Assembly: GCF_058153355.1 (NCBI RefSeq)
Contig: NZ_CM177019.1
Length of the DNA stretch: 64,000 nucleotides
Strand: one strand, 5' to 3'
The notes under the pieces were generated by a model, which did no database searches, was not told the origin of the DNA, and saw nothing but the letters and a program-made list of their open reading frames with translations. Positions 30,457-41,680 of the stretch are shown piece by piece. The translations under genes and the position numbers were made by a program. The first letter of the stretch is position 1. Each line of letters starts with the position of its first letter.

Positions 30457-31722
30457 TTAATCGCTCAGCGCATCCTGCAATATTTTCATTGCCGCATCGA
30501 ATTGCGCATCCGGGATGGTCAGCGGATACAGGAAGCGAATCACGTTGCCGTATGCGCCACAGGTCAGCAGGAGCAGCCCCTGCGCCAGCGCGCGTTGCTG
30601 GATTTTCTGTGCAATCGCCGCTGACGGCTCGTCCGTTTGCGGATCGTTAAACTCTGCCGCAATCATCGACCCCAGACCACGTACCGCCGCGATGGCCGGA
30701 ACGCTTTCTTTGGCATCAATCAACGTATTTGTCAGACGCTGGCCCAGTTGATTAGCGCGTTCGCAAAGGGATTCTTTGTCAATAATGTTGAGCACCGCGT
30801 GCGCGGCAGCCACCGCCAGCGGGTTCCCGGCGTAGGTACCACCAAGCCCGCCCGGCGCGGGCGCGTCCATAATATTCGCGTTACCGACCACGCCCGAAAG
30901 CGGCATCCCGCCCGCGAGGCTTTTCGCCATCGTCATTAAGTCCGGCTTATCGGCGTAGTGATCCATGGCAAACAGTTTACCGGTACGCGCAAAGCCGCTT
31001 TGCACTTCATCGGCAATCATCACAATACCGTGCTCGTCGCACAGGCGGCGAATGGCGGCAACCAGCTCTTTTGGCGCAACGTTGAAACCGCCTTCGCCCT
31101 GCACCGGTTCGAAAATAATCGCCGCCACCTGCTTCGCTTCAATGTCCGATTTAAACAAGCGTTCGATGGCATCGAGGGAGTCCTGCGTTGAAACGCCATG
31201 TAAATCTGACGGATAAGGTACGTGATACACCGAACCGGGGAACGGGCCGAAGCCGATTTTGTACGGCGCGACCTTTCCGGTCAGCGCCATGGTCATATAT
31301 GTACGACCGTGGAAGCCGCCGCTAAACGCAATCACGCCAGGGCGTCCGGTATGGGCGCGGGCGATTTTCACCGCGTTCTCCACCGCTTCCGCACCGGTGG
31401 TGAAGAACGCAGTTTTAGCCTGCCCGCTCACCGGGGCAAGGGCGTTGATTTTCTCCGCCAGGGTGACGTAGCTTTCATACGGCACAATCTGATACGCCGT
31501 GTGGGTAAACTGTTGCAATTGCTGCTCCACCGCCGCGACCAGATCAGGGTGGCGATGCCCGGTATTCAGCACCGCAATGCCTGCGGCGAAATCGATATAT
31601 TCGTTGCCCTCTACATCCTTCAGCGTGGCGTTTTCTGCCGACTGGGCGAAGAAGTTACACATCACGCCAACCCCGCGTGGGGTAGCAGAAAGACGACGCT
31701 GATGGAATTCATTGTTGCTCAT
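30457..31722 (-). CDS. puuE: 4-aminobutyrate aminotransferase (PLP-dependent)
   Basis: 421-aa ORF MSNNEFHQRRLSATPRGVGVMCNFFA... Confidence 0.9.
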   Translation of the reverse strand: MSNNEFHQRRLSATPRGVGVMCNFFAQSAENATLKDVEGNEYIDFAAGIAVLNTGHRHPDLVAAVEQQLQQFTHTAYQIVPYESYVTLAEKINALAPVSGQAKTAFFTTGAEAVENAVKIARAHTGRPGVIAFSGGFHGRTYMTMALTGKVAPYKIGFGPFPGSVYHVPYPSDLHGVSTQDSLDAIERLFKSDIEAKQVAAIIFEPVQGEGGFNVAPKELVAAIRRLCDEHGIVMIADEVQSGFARTGKLFAMDHYADKPDLMTMAKSLAGGMPLSGVVGNANIMDAPAPGGLGGTYAGNPLAVAAAHAVLNIIDKESLCERANQLGQRLTNTLIDAKESVPAIAAVRGLGSMIAAEFNDPQTDEPSAAIAQKIQQRALAQGLLLLTCGAYGNVIRFLYPLTIPDAQFDAAMKILQDALSD

Positions 31723-31759
31723 GTTTCACACCTTTTGACTCTTCACTGTTAATCGGAAA

Positions 31760-33040
31760 TTAAACGCCCAGACGATCGCGCAGGCTGTAATAAGCCGCGC
31801 CCATCGCGGTAAATGGCACGCGCAGCGTGCGCCCGCCGGGGAACGGGTAATGCGGCAGATTGGCGAAGGCGTCGAAGCGTTCGGCGTCACCGCGCAGCAG
31901 TTCAGCAATCAAACGCCCGGCAAGATGGGTACAGGTGACGCCGTGGCCGCTGTAACCCTGCATGTAATAGATGTTGGTATCAAGGCGACCGAACTGCGGC
32001 ATGCGCGACAAGGTCAGCAGGAAGTTGCCCGTCCAGCGGTAATCAATTTTCACGCCCTTCAGCTGCGGAAAGGTTTTCAGCAGTTTCGGCACAACAAGAC
32101 GCTCAACGTCATCCGGGTCGCGCGCGCCGTAGACCACGCCGCCGCCGTACAGCAGGCGGTTATCGGCAGTCAGGCGGTAGTAATCAAGAAGATAGTTACA
32201 GTCTTCCACACAGTAGTTTTTCGGGATCAGCGAACGGGCTAAATCTTCCGACAGCCGCTCGGTGGTGATCACCTGCGTGCCGCACGGCATGCTGCGTTTC
32301 GCCAGTTCCGGCTCTACTTTATCGCCCAGATACGCGTTGCCTGCGACAATCACATACTTCGCCGTCACCTGACCATTGGCCGTGCGCACAACGGCGGGCG
32401 TGGTGTGCTGGATCTGCGTCACCGCAGAAAGTTCATACACGCGCCCGCCGTTCAGGCGGATGGCATCGGCTTCACCAATGGCGAGGTTTAGCGGATGAAT
32501 ATGCCCACCGCTGTGATCCAGCAGCGCACCAGTGTAGCGATCGCTGGCGACCTCGCGGCGAATAGCGTTGGCGTCCAGCAGCTCCAGCTGTTTATTGCCG
32601 TAGCGTTCCCAGTTCTCTTTCTGCTCTTCGAGTGTGGCGAGTTGTTTATCATTCATCGCCACAAACAGGCCGCCGGGGCGATAGTCGCAGTCAATCTGAT
32701 AACGTTTGATACGTTCGCGGATGATCTCGCCACCCTCGAACATCATGCTGCCGAGCATACGGGCGGTATCCATGCCGTAGCTTTTTTCGATAACGTCGAT
32801 GTCGCGGCTGTAGGAGTTCACAAGCTGCCCGCCGTTGCGTCCGCTTGCGCCGAAGCCGATGCGTGAGGCTTCAAGAACCACCACGTCAAAGCCCGCTTCC
32901 GCCAGATGCAGCGCGGAGGAAAGCCCGGTATAGCCGCCGCCGACCACGCAAACGTCGCAGGAAATCGACTCATTCAGCGTGTCGAATGGCGCGTATTTAT
33001 TCGCACTGGCGGCGTAATAACTGCTAGTATGTTCGGTCAT
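31760..33040 (-). CDS. puuB: Gamma-glutamylputrescine oxidase (FAD-dependent)
   Basis: 426-aa ORF with FAD-binding motif VCVVGGGYTGLSSA. Confidence 0.9.
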   Translation of the reverse strand: MTEHTSSYYAASANKYAPFDTLNESISCDVCVVGGGYTGLSSALHLAEAGFDVVVLEASRIGFGASGRNGGQLVNSYSRDIDVIEKSYGMDTARMLGSMMFEGGEIIRERIKRYQIDCDYRPGGLFVAMNDKQLATLEEQKENWERYGNKQLELLDANAIRREVASDRYTGALLDHSGGHIHPLNLAIGEADAIRLNGGRVYELSAVTQIQHTTPAVVRTANGQVTAKYVIVAGNAYLGDKVEPELAKRSMPCGTQVITTERLSEDLARSLIPKNYCVEDCNYLLDYYRLTADNRLLYGGGVVYGARDPDDVERLVVPKLLKTFPQLKGVKIDYRWTGNFLLTLSRMPQFGRLDTNIYYMQGYSGHGVTCTHLAGRLIAELLRGDAERFDAFANLPHYPFPGGRTLRVPFTAMGAAYYSLRDRLGV

Positions 33041-33041
33041 T

Positions 33042-34529
33042 TCAGGCCTCCAGGCTTATCCAGATGGTTTTCAGTTCGGTGAATTTTTCAAGGGCGTGCA
33101 GGGATTTGTCGCGACCGTTGCCGCTCTGCTTATAGCCGCCAAACGGCACGGTCATATCACCGTCGTTGTAGTTATTGACGAAGACGGAACCGGCTTTCAG
33201 GCGGCGACTCATGCGGTGCGCGCGGGAGAGGTCGCGTGTCCATACCGCCGCGCCAAGTCCGTACTGGCTGTCGTTGGCAAGCTGTAGCGCCTGCTCTTCT
33301 GCTGTGAAACGCGTGACCACCAGCACCGGGCCGAAAATCTCTTCGCGGCTTAAGGACGCATTCGGGTCTACATCCACAAAGATGGTCGGGCCGATGGCGG
33401 CAGCCAGCTCGGCATTACGACCATCCAGCAGCAGTTGCCCTGTGCTTTCGCCTTCCCGAATAAAGCTATGCACCGAGTCAGCGTGGGCGCAGTCGATTAA
33501 GGTGCCCATGGTGGTCGCGGGATCAAGCGGATGCCCCGGCTGCCAGTTTTGCGCCTGCTGTTTTAACAGGGCTAAGAACTCATCGGCGATGCTCTCTTCC
33601 AGCAACAAACGCGTTCCGGCGATGCACACCTGGCCCTGGTTGTAGAAGATACCTGCGGCTGTCGCGCTCGCGGCTTTTTGCAGATCCGGGCAGTCAGCGA
33701 AAACGATGTTGGCGCTTTTGCCGCCCGCTTCCAGCCAGACGCGTTTCATGTTGCTGTCGCCTGCATCTTTCAGCAGTTGTTTCCCGGTGCGGGTCGAGCC
33801 GGTAAAGGCGATAACGTCGATATCGTTATGACGCGACAGCGCCTGGCCCGCTTCATGACCAAAACCCGTCACCACGTTCAGCACACCATCCGGCAGACCG
33901 GCCTCTTTCGCCAGCCCGGCAAGACGAATCGCACTAAGCGGTGATTTTTCCGACGGCTTCAGGACGACGCTGTTCCCTGACGCCAGCGCCGGGCCGAGTT
34001 TCCAGCAAGTCAGCAGCAGCGGGAAGTTCCACGGCACGATGGCGGCAATCACGCCGACCGGTTCACGCACGATCATCGCCAGCTCATGGCTACTGGTGGT
34101 CGCCACTTCGCCATACACTTTGTCGATCGCTTCGGCGTACCAGCGAATGGCGCGCGCCGCGCCGGGAATATCATCACGCAGACTGTGACGAATCGGTTTG
34201 CCGGTGTCGAGAGTTTCCAGCAGTGCCAGCTCTTCGGCGTTGGCTTCCATTAAATCGGCGAGTTTATTCAGTACCGCTTTACGTTTTGCCGGAGAAGAGT
34301 GTGACCAGTCGCCGCGTTCAAATACGCCGCGTGCTGCGCTCACCGCACGGTCGATATCGACGCTCTTGCCGCGGGCAATTTTCGCCAGCGGTGCCTGGGT
34401 GGCCGGATCAACGGTTTCAAAAGTTTCATTTTCCGCCGCAGCAGTATATTCACCGTTAATAAATAAGCGGGTTTCAATGGCGAGACTTAACGCTTTATCC
34501 TGCCAGTAAGCCAGATGATGAAAATTCAT
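33042..34529 (-). CDS. puuC: Gamma-glutamyl-gamma-aminobutyraldehyde dehydrogenase (ALDH family)
   Basis: ORF 33042..34625; start at MNFHHLAYWQDKA gives 495 aa. Confidence 0.9.
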   Translation of the reverse strand: MNFHHLAYWQDKALSLAIETRLFINGEYTAAAENETFETVDPATQAPLAKIARGKSVDIDRAVSAARGVFERGDWSHSSPAKRKAVLNKLADLMEANAEELALLETLDTGKPIRHSLRDDIPGAARAIRWYAEAIDKVYGEVATTSSHELAMIVREPVGVIAAIVPWNFPLLLTCWKLGPALASGNSVVLKPSEKSPLSAIRLAGLAKEAGLPDGVLNVVTGFGHEAGQALSRHNDIDVIAFTGSTRTGKQLLKDAGDSNMKRVWLEAGGKSANIVFADCPDLQKAASATAAGIFYNQGQVCIAGTRLLLEESIADEFLALLKQQAQNWQPGHPLDPATTMGTLIDCAHADSVHSFIREGESTGQLLLDGRNAELAAAIGPTIFVDVDPNASLSREEIFGPVLVVTRFTAEEQALQLANDSQYGLGAAVWTRDLSRAHRMSRRLKAGSVFVNNYNDGDMTVPFGGYKQSGNGRDKSLHALEKFTELKTIWISLEA

Positions 34530-34678
34530 TATGACTCCTGTTTCACGTGTATCAGATATATGCAGTTTGTGAACGTCAGGGCGCAGAGATCCCCGGGCCG
34601 TATGCCCGTTTATTTCTGGCGACATTCTTTATGGATTGCCGGGCGCATTGCGCTTACCCGGCTTACAGAACAAAAAGA

Positions 34679-35236
34679 TTAAAACGTGGTGGGCGTATGG
34701 GCGCTGATAATTCGGCAAATACCTGCCGACGTATTACTGAAACTGTGCGGGATGCCGGTATTAATGGCATAACTTTGCCCCGCGACGAGGTGGTAATCCT
34801 GACCATTAATCGTCAGAACAATTTCACCTTCCAGTACAGTGCCTATTTCCTCACCCTGATGCTTAATTCTTTCCCCAGTGGTTGTGCCCGGCTGGTAAGT
34901 TTCAAAGATCATCGCCAGCGTGCGATTCGGGTTACCGTTATGAACCAGCTTCATTGACACACCCTGACTGCCCATCTCAATTAAGTCGTCCTGATTAATG
35001 ACGACCTGTGGCTCATCAGGTTTTTCCGGCTCGGAAAAGAATTCCGAGAGTGACAGACCATACACCTTCAGCAGCTTTTGCAGCGTACTGATGGCAGGGC
35101 TGACTTTATCTTGTTCTATCGTACTGATAGCACTGTGAGTCAGCCCGGAGAGTTCGGCGGCACGACGTTGTGAAAGCCCCTGCTGCTGGCGGATTTCCGA
35201 CAAGCGTTTTCCTGGCGCCAGTCCCTCATCACTCAT
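34679..35236 (-). CDS. puuR: Repressor of the puu regulon (XRE-HTH plus cupin)
   Basis: 185-aa ORF MSDEGLAPGKRLSEIRQQQGLSQRRAAELSGLTHSAISTIEQ... Confidence 0.9.
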   Translation of the reverse strand: MSDEGLAPGKRLSEIRQQQGLSQRRAAELSGLTHSAISTIEQDKVSPAISTLQKLLKVYGLSLSEFFSEPEKPDEPQVVINQDDLIEMGSQGVSMKLVHNGNPNRTLAMIFETYQPGTTTGERIKHQGEEIGTVLEGEIVLTINGQDYHLVAGQSYAINTGIPHSFSNTSAGICRIISAHTPTTF

Positions 35237-35262
35237 ATTTGCATTTCCTTAAACTGTAGTGG

Positions 35263-36027
35263 TCAGAGTCGCTGTTTTTCAGCGATATGGTGCTGACAAG
35301 CGGTGATAAAGCCCTCGAACAATATACGCGAAAGCGCGTATTCGCTACTGTTCCATTCCGGGTGCCACTGTACGCCCAGCGCAAAAGGATGATTGATGAC
35401 GCTAACCGCCTCAACTAAGCCATCCGGCGAGCGGGCTTCAACACGCAACCGTGAGCTAACGACCTTCGCCCCTTGTCCATGCAGAGAGTTTACCCAAAAG
35501 TTGCTACATTCAGGTAACAGTGCAGACAGCAATCCCCCCTCTTCAACCTGAACTTCATGCGACGGTGCATATTGCTGTTCCACCGGCAGTTCGGGATCTT
35601 CCCGATGTTCCAGCAATTCAGGCTGTTCGCACAGCTTGCGATGCAACGAACCACCGGTTGCCACCACCAGTTCCTGTAAACCCCGGCAGATGGCGAAAAT
35701 GGGGATGCGCCTTTCGAGTGCGGCATTAATTAACGCCATGCTCAGAAGATCACGCCCGGGATCGGCGTCAGGCTCATCGCCGTTTTCACCATATAGGTGC
35801 GGCTGCACATTGCTGGGACTACCAGGAAGATAAATACCATCGAGTTTCGGCAAAAGTTGTTCAAGTAATGACGGTTCCGCCAGCGCATGTGGCAGCGCAA
35901 TTGGCAAGCCGCCTGCGTGGATGATGGCATTCAGGTACTTTTCTTGCAGAGTCTGGGTCGCATGACCCTTAAGCCTGTTCCTGCACATTACGACACCGAT
36001 AACCGGATTGTTCATTATATTTTCCAT
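35263..36027 (-). CDS. puuD: Gamma-glutamyl-GABA hydrolase (class I glutamine amidotransferase-like)
   Basis: ORF 35263..36039; start at MENIMNNPVIGVVMC gives 254 aa. Confidence 0.9.
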   Translation of the reverse strand: MENIMNNPVIGVVMCRNRLKGHATQTLQEKYLNAIIHAGGLPIALPHALAEPSLLEQLLPKLDGIYLPGSPSNVQPHLYGENGDEPDADPGRDLLSMALINAALERRIPIFAICRGLQELVVATGGSLHRKLCEQPELLEHREDPELPVEQQYAPSHEVQVEEGGLLSALLPECSNFWVNSLHGQGAKVVSSRLRVEARSPDGLVEAVSVINHPFALGVQWHPEWNSSEYALSRILFEGFITACQHHIAEKQRL

Positions 36028-36238
36028 GCTCAATCTCACAAAGTGGACTAAATTATCGCCATTACTGCGCTTTAAATGACCTTTATGTTCAATATTTTTT
36101 CAATCTAGCAGCGGGTTTTCATTTTTGCAAACTTAATTTAACATTTGACAAACATTTAGTTTGCATACGGATTCGAATGGTGGTCATTATATTTTACGCT
36201 TTGATAACGAGCGGAAAACAAACCAAAGGCGAAGAATC

Positions 36239-37657
36239 ATGGAAACCAATATCGTTGAAGTAGAGAACTTTGTTCAGCAGTCAGAAGAGAGGCGGGGTAG
36301 CGCCTTTACGCAGGAAGTGAAACGCTACCTGGAGCGCTACCCGAATACGCAATATGTTGATGTTTTACTTACCGATTTGAATGGTTGTTTTCGTGGAAAA
36401 CGTATTCCTGTTTCAAGCCTGAAGAAGCTCGAGAAAGGGTGTTATTTCCCGGCCTCGGTGTTTGCAATGGATATTCTGGGCAACGTAGTAGAAGAAGCGG
36501 GTCTGGGTCAGGAAATGGGCGAGCCGGATCGTACCTGTGTTCCTGTTCTCGGTTCCTTAACCCCATCTGCCGCCGATCCAGAGTTTATCGGTCAGATGCT
36601 CCTGACCATGGTCGATGAAGATGGCGCTCCCTTTGACGTTGAGCCGCGGAACGTTCTTAACCGCCTGTGGCAGCAGCTGCGCCAGCGCGGATTGTTCCCG
36701 GTTGTAGCGGTAGAGCTGGAGTTCTATTTACTGGATCGCCAGCGCGACGCTGAAGGGTATCTGCAACCGCCCTGCGCGCCCGGCACCGATGACCGCAATA
36801 CACAAAGTCAGGTTTACTCCGTTGATAACCTCAACCACTTCGCCGACGTGCTCAATGATATTGATGAGCTGGCGCAGTTACAGCTGATTCCGGCAGATGG
36901 CGCGGTCGCCGAGGCCTCGCCAGGTCAGTTTGAAATCAATCTTTACCATACCGATAACGTGCTGGAAGCTTGCGATGATGCGCTGGCACTAAAACGCCTG
37001 GTGCGTCTGATGGCAGAAAAGCATAAGATGCACGCCACTTTTATGGCGAAGCCGTATGAAGAGCACGCGGGCAGCGGGATGCATATCCATATCAGTATGC
37101 AAAATAATCGTGGCGAGAACGTGCTTTCTGACGCGGAAGGCGAAGATTCGCCGCTGCTGAAAAAGATGCTCGCCGGGATGATTGACCTGATGCCGTCATC
37201 AATGGCGTTGCTGGCACCAAACGTGAACTCGTATCGCCGCTTCCAGCCGGGGATGTATGTACCGACGCAGGCGTCGTGGGGCCATAACAACCGCACCGTC
37301 GCCCTGCGTATTCCCTGCGGCGATCGCCATAATCACCGCGTGGAATATCGCGTGGCGGGTGCCGATGCCAACCCGTATTTGGTGATGGCAGCGATTTTTG
37401 CTGGTATTTTGCATGGCCTTGATAACGAACTGCCATTACAGGAAGAAGTCGAAGGCAACGGGCTGGAACAGGAAGGCTTACCCTTCCCGATTCGCCAGAG
37501 CGATGCCCTGGGTGAGTTTATCGAGAATGATCACCTGCGCCGCTATTTAGGCGAACGCTTCTGCCATGTCTATCACGCCTGTAAAAATGATGAGCTGTTG
37601 CAGTTTGAGCGCCTCATCACAGAAACAGAAATTGAGTGGATGTTGAAAAACGCGTAA
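36239..37657 (+). CDS. puuA: Glutamate-putrescine ligase (glutamine synthetase family)
   Basis: ORF 36161..37657; start at METNIVEVENFVQQ gives 472 aa. Confidence 0.9.
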   Translation: METNIVEVENFVQQSEERRGSAFTQEVKRYLERYPNTQYVDVLLTDLNGCFRGKRIPVSSLKKLEKGCYFPASVFAMDILGNVVEEAGLGQEMGEPDRTCVPVLGSLTPSAADPEFIGQMLLTMVDEDGAPFDVEPRNVLNRLWQQLRQRGLFPVVAVELEFYLLDRQRDAEGYLQPPCAPGTDDRNTQSQVYSVDNLNHFADVLNDIDELAQLQLIPADGAVAEASPGQFEINLYHTDNVLEACDDALALKRLVRLMAEKHKMHATFMAKPYEEHAGSGMHIHISMQNNRGENVLSDAEGEDSPLLKKMLAGMIDLMPSSMALLAPNVNSYRRFQPGMYVPTQASWGHNNRTVALRIPCGDRHNHRVEYRVAGADANPYLVMAAIFAGILHGLDNELPLQEEVEGNGLEQEGLPFPIRQSDALGEFIENDHLRRYLGERFCHVYHACKNDELLQFERLITETEIEWMLKNA

Positions 37658-37959
37658 TACCCCTTGCGGGGTTGTTTCAGCGGCCTGAGCGGAGCCAGGC
37701 CTGACATTTGCTGGTAATCCAGACATTTCCCGGATGTCGCGTTATGGAGCGCAGGCGGCAACGGGCTTCCGTTAACGATTAAGACTGTGACGAGGAAATG
37801 AGATGATGCCGATGATTAAATCCCCGCATGGCGAGGGAGGCTGCGTATGCGCCCCTCCTGCGACTGACTGGACTCCGCCCCCTTTGCTTCCCTTGCTAAA
37901 CAGGTTTGATTTCAGGTCGATACGACCGCAAACCTTATTACGCAGGGGAGGCAGCAATT

Positions 37960-39345
37960 ATGGCTATTAATTCACCACTGAATATTGCTGCGCAACCCGG
38001 CAAAACCCGTCTGCGAAAATCACTGAAATTGTGGCAGGTCGTCATGATGGGCCTCGCCTATCTCACGCCGATGACTGTGTTCGATACCTTTGGCATCGTT
38101 TCCGGCATCAGCGACGGCCACGTTCCGGCATCCTATTTGCTGGCGCTGGCGGGCGTGTTGTTTACCGCGATCAGCTACGGCAAACTGGTTCGCCAGTTTC
38201 CGGAGGCCGGTTCGGCCTATACCTACGCGCAAAAGTCGATTAACCCGCACGTCGGATTTATGGTCGGCTGGTCATCGCTGCTGGATTATCTCTTTTTGCC
38301 GATGATCAACGTTTTGTTGGCGAAAATCTATCTCTCCGCCCTCTTCCCGGAAGTGCCGCCGTGGGTGTGGGTGGTAACCTTCGTCGCCATTTTAACCGCC
38401 GCGAATCTGAAGAGCGTCAACCTGGTCGCTAACTTCAATACCTTGTTTGTACTGGTGCAAATCTCCATCATGGTGGTGTTTATCTTCCTAGTGGTTCAGG
38501 GACTACATAAAGGAGAAGGCGTTGGCACCGTCTGGTCACTTCAGCCGTTTATCAGCGAGAACGCGCACCTGATCCCGATTATTACCGGGGCGACGATTGT
38601 CTGTTTCTCGTTCCTCGGTTTCGATGCGGTGACCACGCTTTCGGAAGAGACGCCGGACGCCGCACGCGTGATCCCGAAAGCCATCTTCCTGACGGCGGTA
38701 TACGGCGGCATTATCTTTATCGCGGCGTCGTTCTTTATGCAGCTGTTCTTCCCGGATATCAGCCGCTTTAAAGATCCGGACGCCGCACTGCCGGAAATCG
38801 CACTGTACGTTGGCGGCAAGTTGTTCCAGTCGATTTTCCTCTGCACGACGTTTGTGAACACGTTAGCGTCTGGCCTGGCGTCACATGCCAGCGTGTCGCG
38901 TCTGCTGTATGTGATGGGGCGCGACAATGTGTTTCCGGAACGCGTGTTTGGCTATGTGCATCCGAAATGGCGGACTCCGGCACTGAATGTCATTATGGTC
39001 GGGGTTGTCGCGTTGTCAGCGCTGTTCTTTGATTTAGTCACCGCGACAGCATTGATTAACTTCGGTGCTCTGGTGGCGTTTACCTTCGTTAACCTGTCGG
39101 TGTTTAATCATTTCTGGCGGCGTAAAGGAATGAATAAAAGCTGGAAGGATCACTTCCACTATTTGCTGATGCCGCTGGTTGGCGCGCTGACGGTGGGTGT
39201 GCTGTGGGTTAACCTCGAGTCAACGTCACTGACACTCGGTCTGGTATGGGCTTCATTAGGCGGCGCATATTTGTGGTATCTGATCCGCCGCTATCGCAAA
39301 GTGCCGTTGTATGAGGGTGACAGAACGCCGGTGAGCGAAACGTAA
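37960..39345 (+). CDS. puuP: Putrescine importer (APC superfamily)
   Basis: ORF 37906..39345; start at [18 protein letters not shown] gives 461 aa; multi-TM. Confidence 0.9.
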   Translation: MAINSPLNIAAQPGKTRLRKSLKLWQVVMMGLAYLTPMTVFDTFGIVSGISDGHVPASYLLALAGVLFTAISYGKLVRQFPEAGSAYTYAQKSINPHVGFMVGWSSLLDYLFLPMINVLLAKIYLSALFPEVPPWVWVVTFVAILTAANLKSVNLVANFNTLFVLVQISIMVVFIFLVVQGLHKGEGVGTVWSLQPFISENAHLIPIITGATIVCFSFLGFDAVTTLSEETPDAARVIPKAIFLTAVYGGIIFIAASFFMQLFFPDISRFKDPDAALPEIALYVGGKLFQSIFLCTTFVNTLASGLASHASVSRLLYVMGRDNVFPERVFGYVHPKWRTPALNVIMVGVVALSALFFDLVTATALINFGALVAFTFVNLSVFNHFWRRKGMNKSWKDHFHYLLMPLVGALTVGVLWVNLESTSLTLGLVWASLGGAYLWYLIRRYRKVPLYEGDRTPVSET

Positions 39346-39354
39346 TAGTCGGAT

Positions 39355-39393
39355 GCGCGGCGCATTATCCTGCCTGAGGGTAATGCGCCGCGC
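39355..39393. terminator. GC-rich inverted repeat downstream of puuP (terminator or REP-like)
   Basis: gcgcggcgcattatcc ... gggtaatgcgccgcgc imperfect palindrome immediately after the puuP stop; no clear U-run. Confidence 0.45.
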
Positions 39394-39478
39394 CATTAAC
39401 TATAAAAAGATGTATGACCCGGATCACGAGTGCTATCATCCGCCCTTATGCTTAGCACATTAACCCCAGGGGCAAATA

Positions 39479-39724
39479 ATGAACCACGATATCCCGCTTA
39501 AATATTTTGATATTGCCGATGAGTACGCGACCGAATGCGAAGAGCCTGTCGCAGACGTTGAACGCACACCGCTGGCCCACTACTTCCAGTTACTGCTCAC
39601 CCGTTTGATGAACAATGAAGAGATCAGCGAAGAAGCCCAACATGAAATGGCTGCTGAAGCGGGGATTAATCCCGTACGCATTGATGAGATCGCAGAGTTT
39701 TTGAATCAATGGGGTAATGAGTAA
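39479..39724 (+). CDS. ymjA: Small protein YmjA (DUF2543)
   Basis: 81-aa [39 protein letters not shown]... Confidence 0.8.
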   Translation: MNHDIPLKYFDIADEYATECEEPVADVERTPLAHYFQLLLTRLMNNEEISEEAQHEMAAEAGINPVRIDEIAEFLNQWGNE

Positions 39725-39758
39725 TTATTTCATTGCAGACGCTCGGTCAGTATCGTTG

Positions 39759-39788
39759 CCCGGATAAAGCGTTCACGCCGCATCCGGC
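39759..39788. repeat. REP element downstream of ymjA
   Basis: gcccggataaagcgttcacgccgcatccggc palindromic unit. Confidence 0.55.
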
Positions 39789-40036
39789 TAAAAATGACAC
39801 GCACTGCAGCGTGCTTTAATGGGTTTCTCACGATCGTACCGCTCTGCTCCTCGCTAAGTTGTTCTGTGAGTTATAGTTATAGAGAAATCACGGGTACGAA
39901 TGTTGAACAGATGGCGACGTCACCTGTTCAACGACCAACCACACGGCCCTCATTACGACCCCTGAACACAAACGGTAATGGCAAATGTCATTAAATATTA
40001 GTAAGATAGCCTCTTTACATAAAATCCCTTAATATT

Positions 40037-41680
40037 ATGCGCCAGGTATTATCGTCTCTTTTGGTGATTGCTGGACTTGTGAGTGGTCAGGCAATCGCCG
40101 CGCCTGAATCCCCCCCGCATGCTGATATCCGCGACAGCGGTTTTGTCTATTGCGTCAGCGGGCAAGTCAACACCTTTAACCCATCCAAAGCGAGCAGTGG
40201 GTTAATTGTCGATACCCTTGCCGCCCAGTTTTATGATCGACTCCTGGATGTCGATCCCTATACCTATCGCCTGATGCCGGAACTTGCCGAAAGCTGGGAA
40301 GTGCTCGACAACGGCGCGACCTATCGCTTCCACCTGCGTCGCGATGTTCCGTTTCAAAAAACCGACTGGTTTACTCCCACTCGTAAAATGAATGCCGACG
40401 ATGTGGTGTTTACCTTCCAGCGAATTTTTGACCGTAACAACCCGTGGCATAACGTCAACGGCAGCAACTTTCCCTACTTCGACAGCCTGCAATTTGCCGA
40501 TAACGTGAAAAGCGTCCGCAAACTGGATAATCATACCGTTGAGTTCCGACTCGCCCAGCCAGATGCTTCTTTTTTGTGGCACCTGGCGACCCATTATGCA
40601 TCGGTCATGTCGGCAGAATATGCCCAGAAGTTAGAGAAAGAAGATCGCCAGGAACAACTCGACCGTCAGCCGGTCGGCACTGGACCGTATCAGTTATCGG
40701 AATACCGCGCCGGGCAATTTATTCGCCTACAACGTCATGATGACTTCTGGCGCGGCAAACCGTTAATGCCGCAGGTGGTGGTGGATTTAGGCTCCGGCGG
40801 CACCGGACGTCTTTCGAAACTTCTGACAGGTGAATGCGACGTTCTGGCCTGGCCTGCTGCCAGCCAGCTATCTATTTTGCGTGACGATCCGCGCTTGCGT
40901 TTAACGCTGCGTCCGGGGATGAATGTCGCCTATCTGGCATTTAACACCGCCAAACCGCCGCTTAATAATGCCGCCGTGCGCCATGCGCTGGCTCTGGCGA
41001 TCAATAACCAACGCCTGATGCAATCCATCTATTATGGTACGGCTGAAACGGCGGCCTCTATTTTACCGCGCGCCTCGTGGGCCTATGACAACGAGGCTAA
41101 AATTACTGAATACAATCCGGCGAAATCGCGCGAACAGTTGAAGGCGTTAGGGCTGGAAAACTTAACGCTGAAACTTTGGGTGCCCACACGTTCGCAGGCG
41201 TGGAACCCCAGTCCACTGAAAACCGCCGAACTGATTCAGGCGGATATGGCGCAGGTTGGCGTAAAAGTGGTGATTGTGCCGGTAGAAGGTCGTTTTCAGG
41301 AGGCGCGGTTGATGGATATGAGCCATGATCTGACGTTATCCGGTTGGGCGACAGACAGTAACGATCCGGACAGTTTCTTTCGTCCGCTACTGAGCTGCGC
41401 AGCAATACATTCCCAGACCAACCTCGCCCACTGGTGCGATCCGAAATTCGACAGCGTGTTGCGTAAGGCGCTCTCCTCGCAGCAGCTAGCGGCGCGTATT
41501 GAAGCCTATGACGAAGCGCAAAGTATTCTGGCGCAGGAATTGCCCATTTTGCCGCTGGCGTCGTCATTGCGCTTGCAAGCCTACCGTTACGATATCAAAG
41601 GGCTGGTTCTTAGCCCGTTTGGTAACGCCTCCTTTGCTGGTGTGTATCGCGAGAAACAGGATGAGGTGAAAAAACCATGA
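40037..41680 (+). CDS. sapA: Periplasmic solute-binding protein of the Sap ABC transporter
   Basis: 547-aa ORF with signal peptide [21 protein letters not shown]. Confidence 0.9.
   Translation: MRQVLSSLLVIAGLVSGQAIAAPESPPHADIRDSGFVYCVSGQVNTFNPSKASSGLIVDTLAAQFYDRLLDVDPYTYRLMPELAESWEVLDNGATYRFHLRRDVPFQKTDWFTPTRKMNADDVVFTFQRIFDRNNPWHNVNGSNFPYFDSLQFADNVKSVRKLDNHTVEFRLAQPDASFLWHLATHYASVMSAEYAQKLEKEDRQEQLDRQPVGTGPYQLSEYRAGQFIRLQRHDDFWRGKPLMPQVVVDLGSGGTGRLSKLLTGECDVLAWPAASQLSILRDDPRLRLTLRPGMNVAYLAFNTAKPPLNNAAVRHALALAINNQRLMQSIYYGTAETAASILPRASWAYDNEAKITEYNPAKSREQLKALGLENLTLKLWVPTRSQAWNPSPLKTAELIQADMAQVGVKVVIVPVEGRFQEARLMDMSHDLTLSGWATDSNDPDSFFRPLLSCAAIHSQTNLAHWCDPKFDSVLRKALSSQQLAARIEAYDEAQSILAQELPILPLASSLRLQAYRYDIKGLVLSPFGNASFAGVYREKQDEVKKP

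Noticed and set aside
39871-39885. 15-bp exact repeat ttatagttatagaga, also found at 61048-61062 upstream of osmB.
   Set aside because: It is AT-rich and low-complexity, and at 15 bp a chance match within a 64-kb window on two strands is expected; the two loci have no obvious functional link.
39794-39994. 66-aa ORF in the ymjA–sapA intergenic region.
   Set aside because: It overlaps a REP element and the sapA promoter region, has no RBS and Ser/Thr/Pro-rich composition; most likely spurious.
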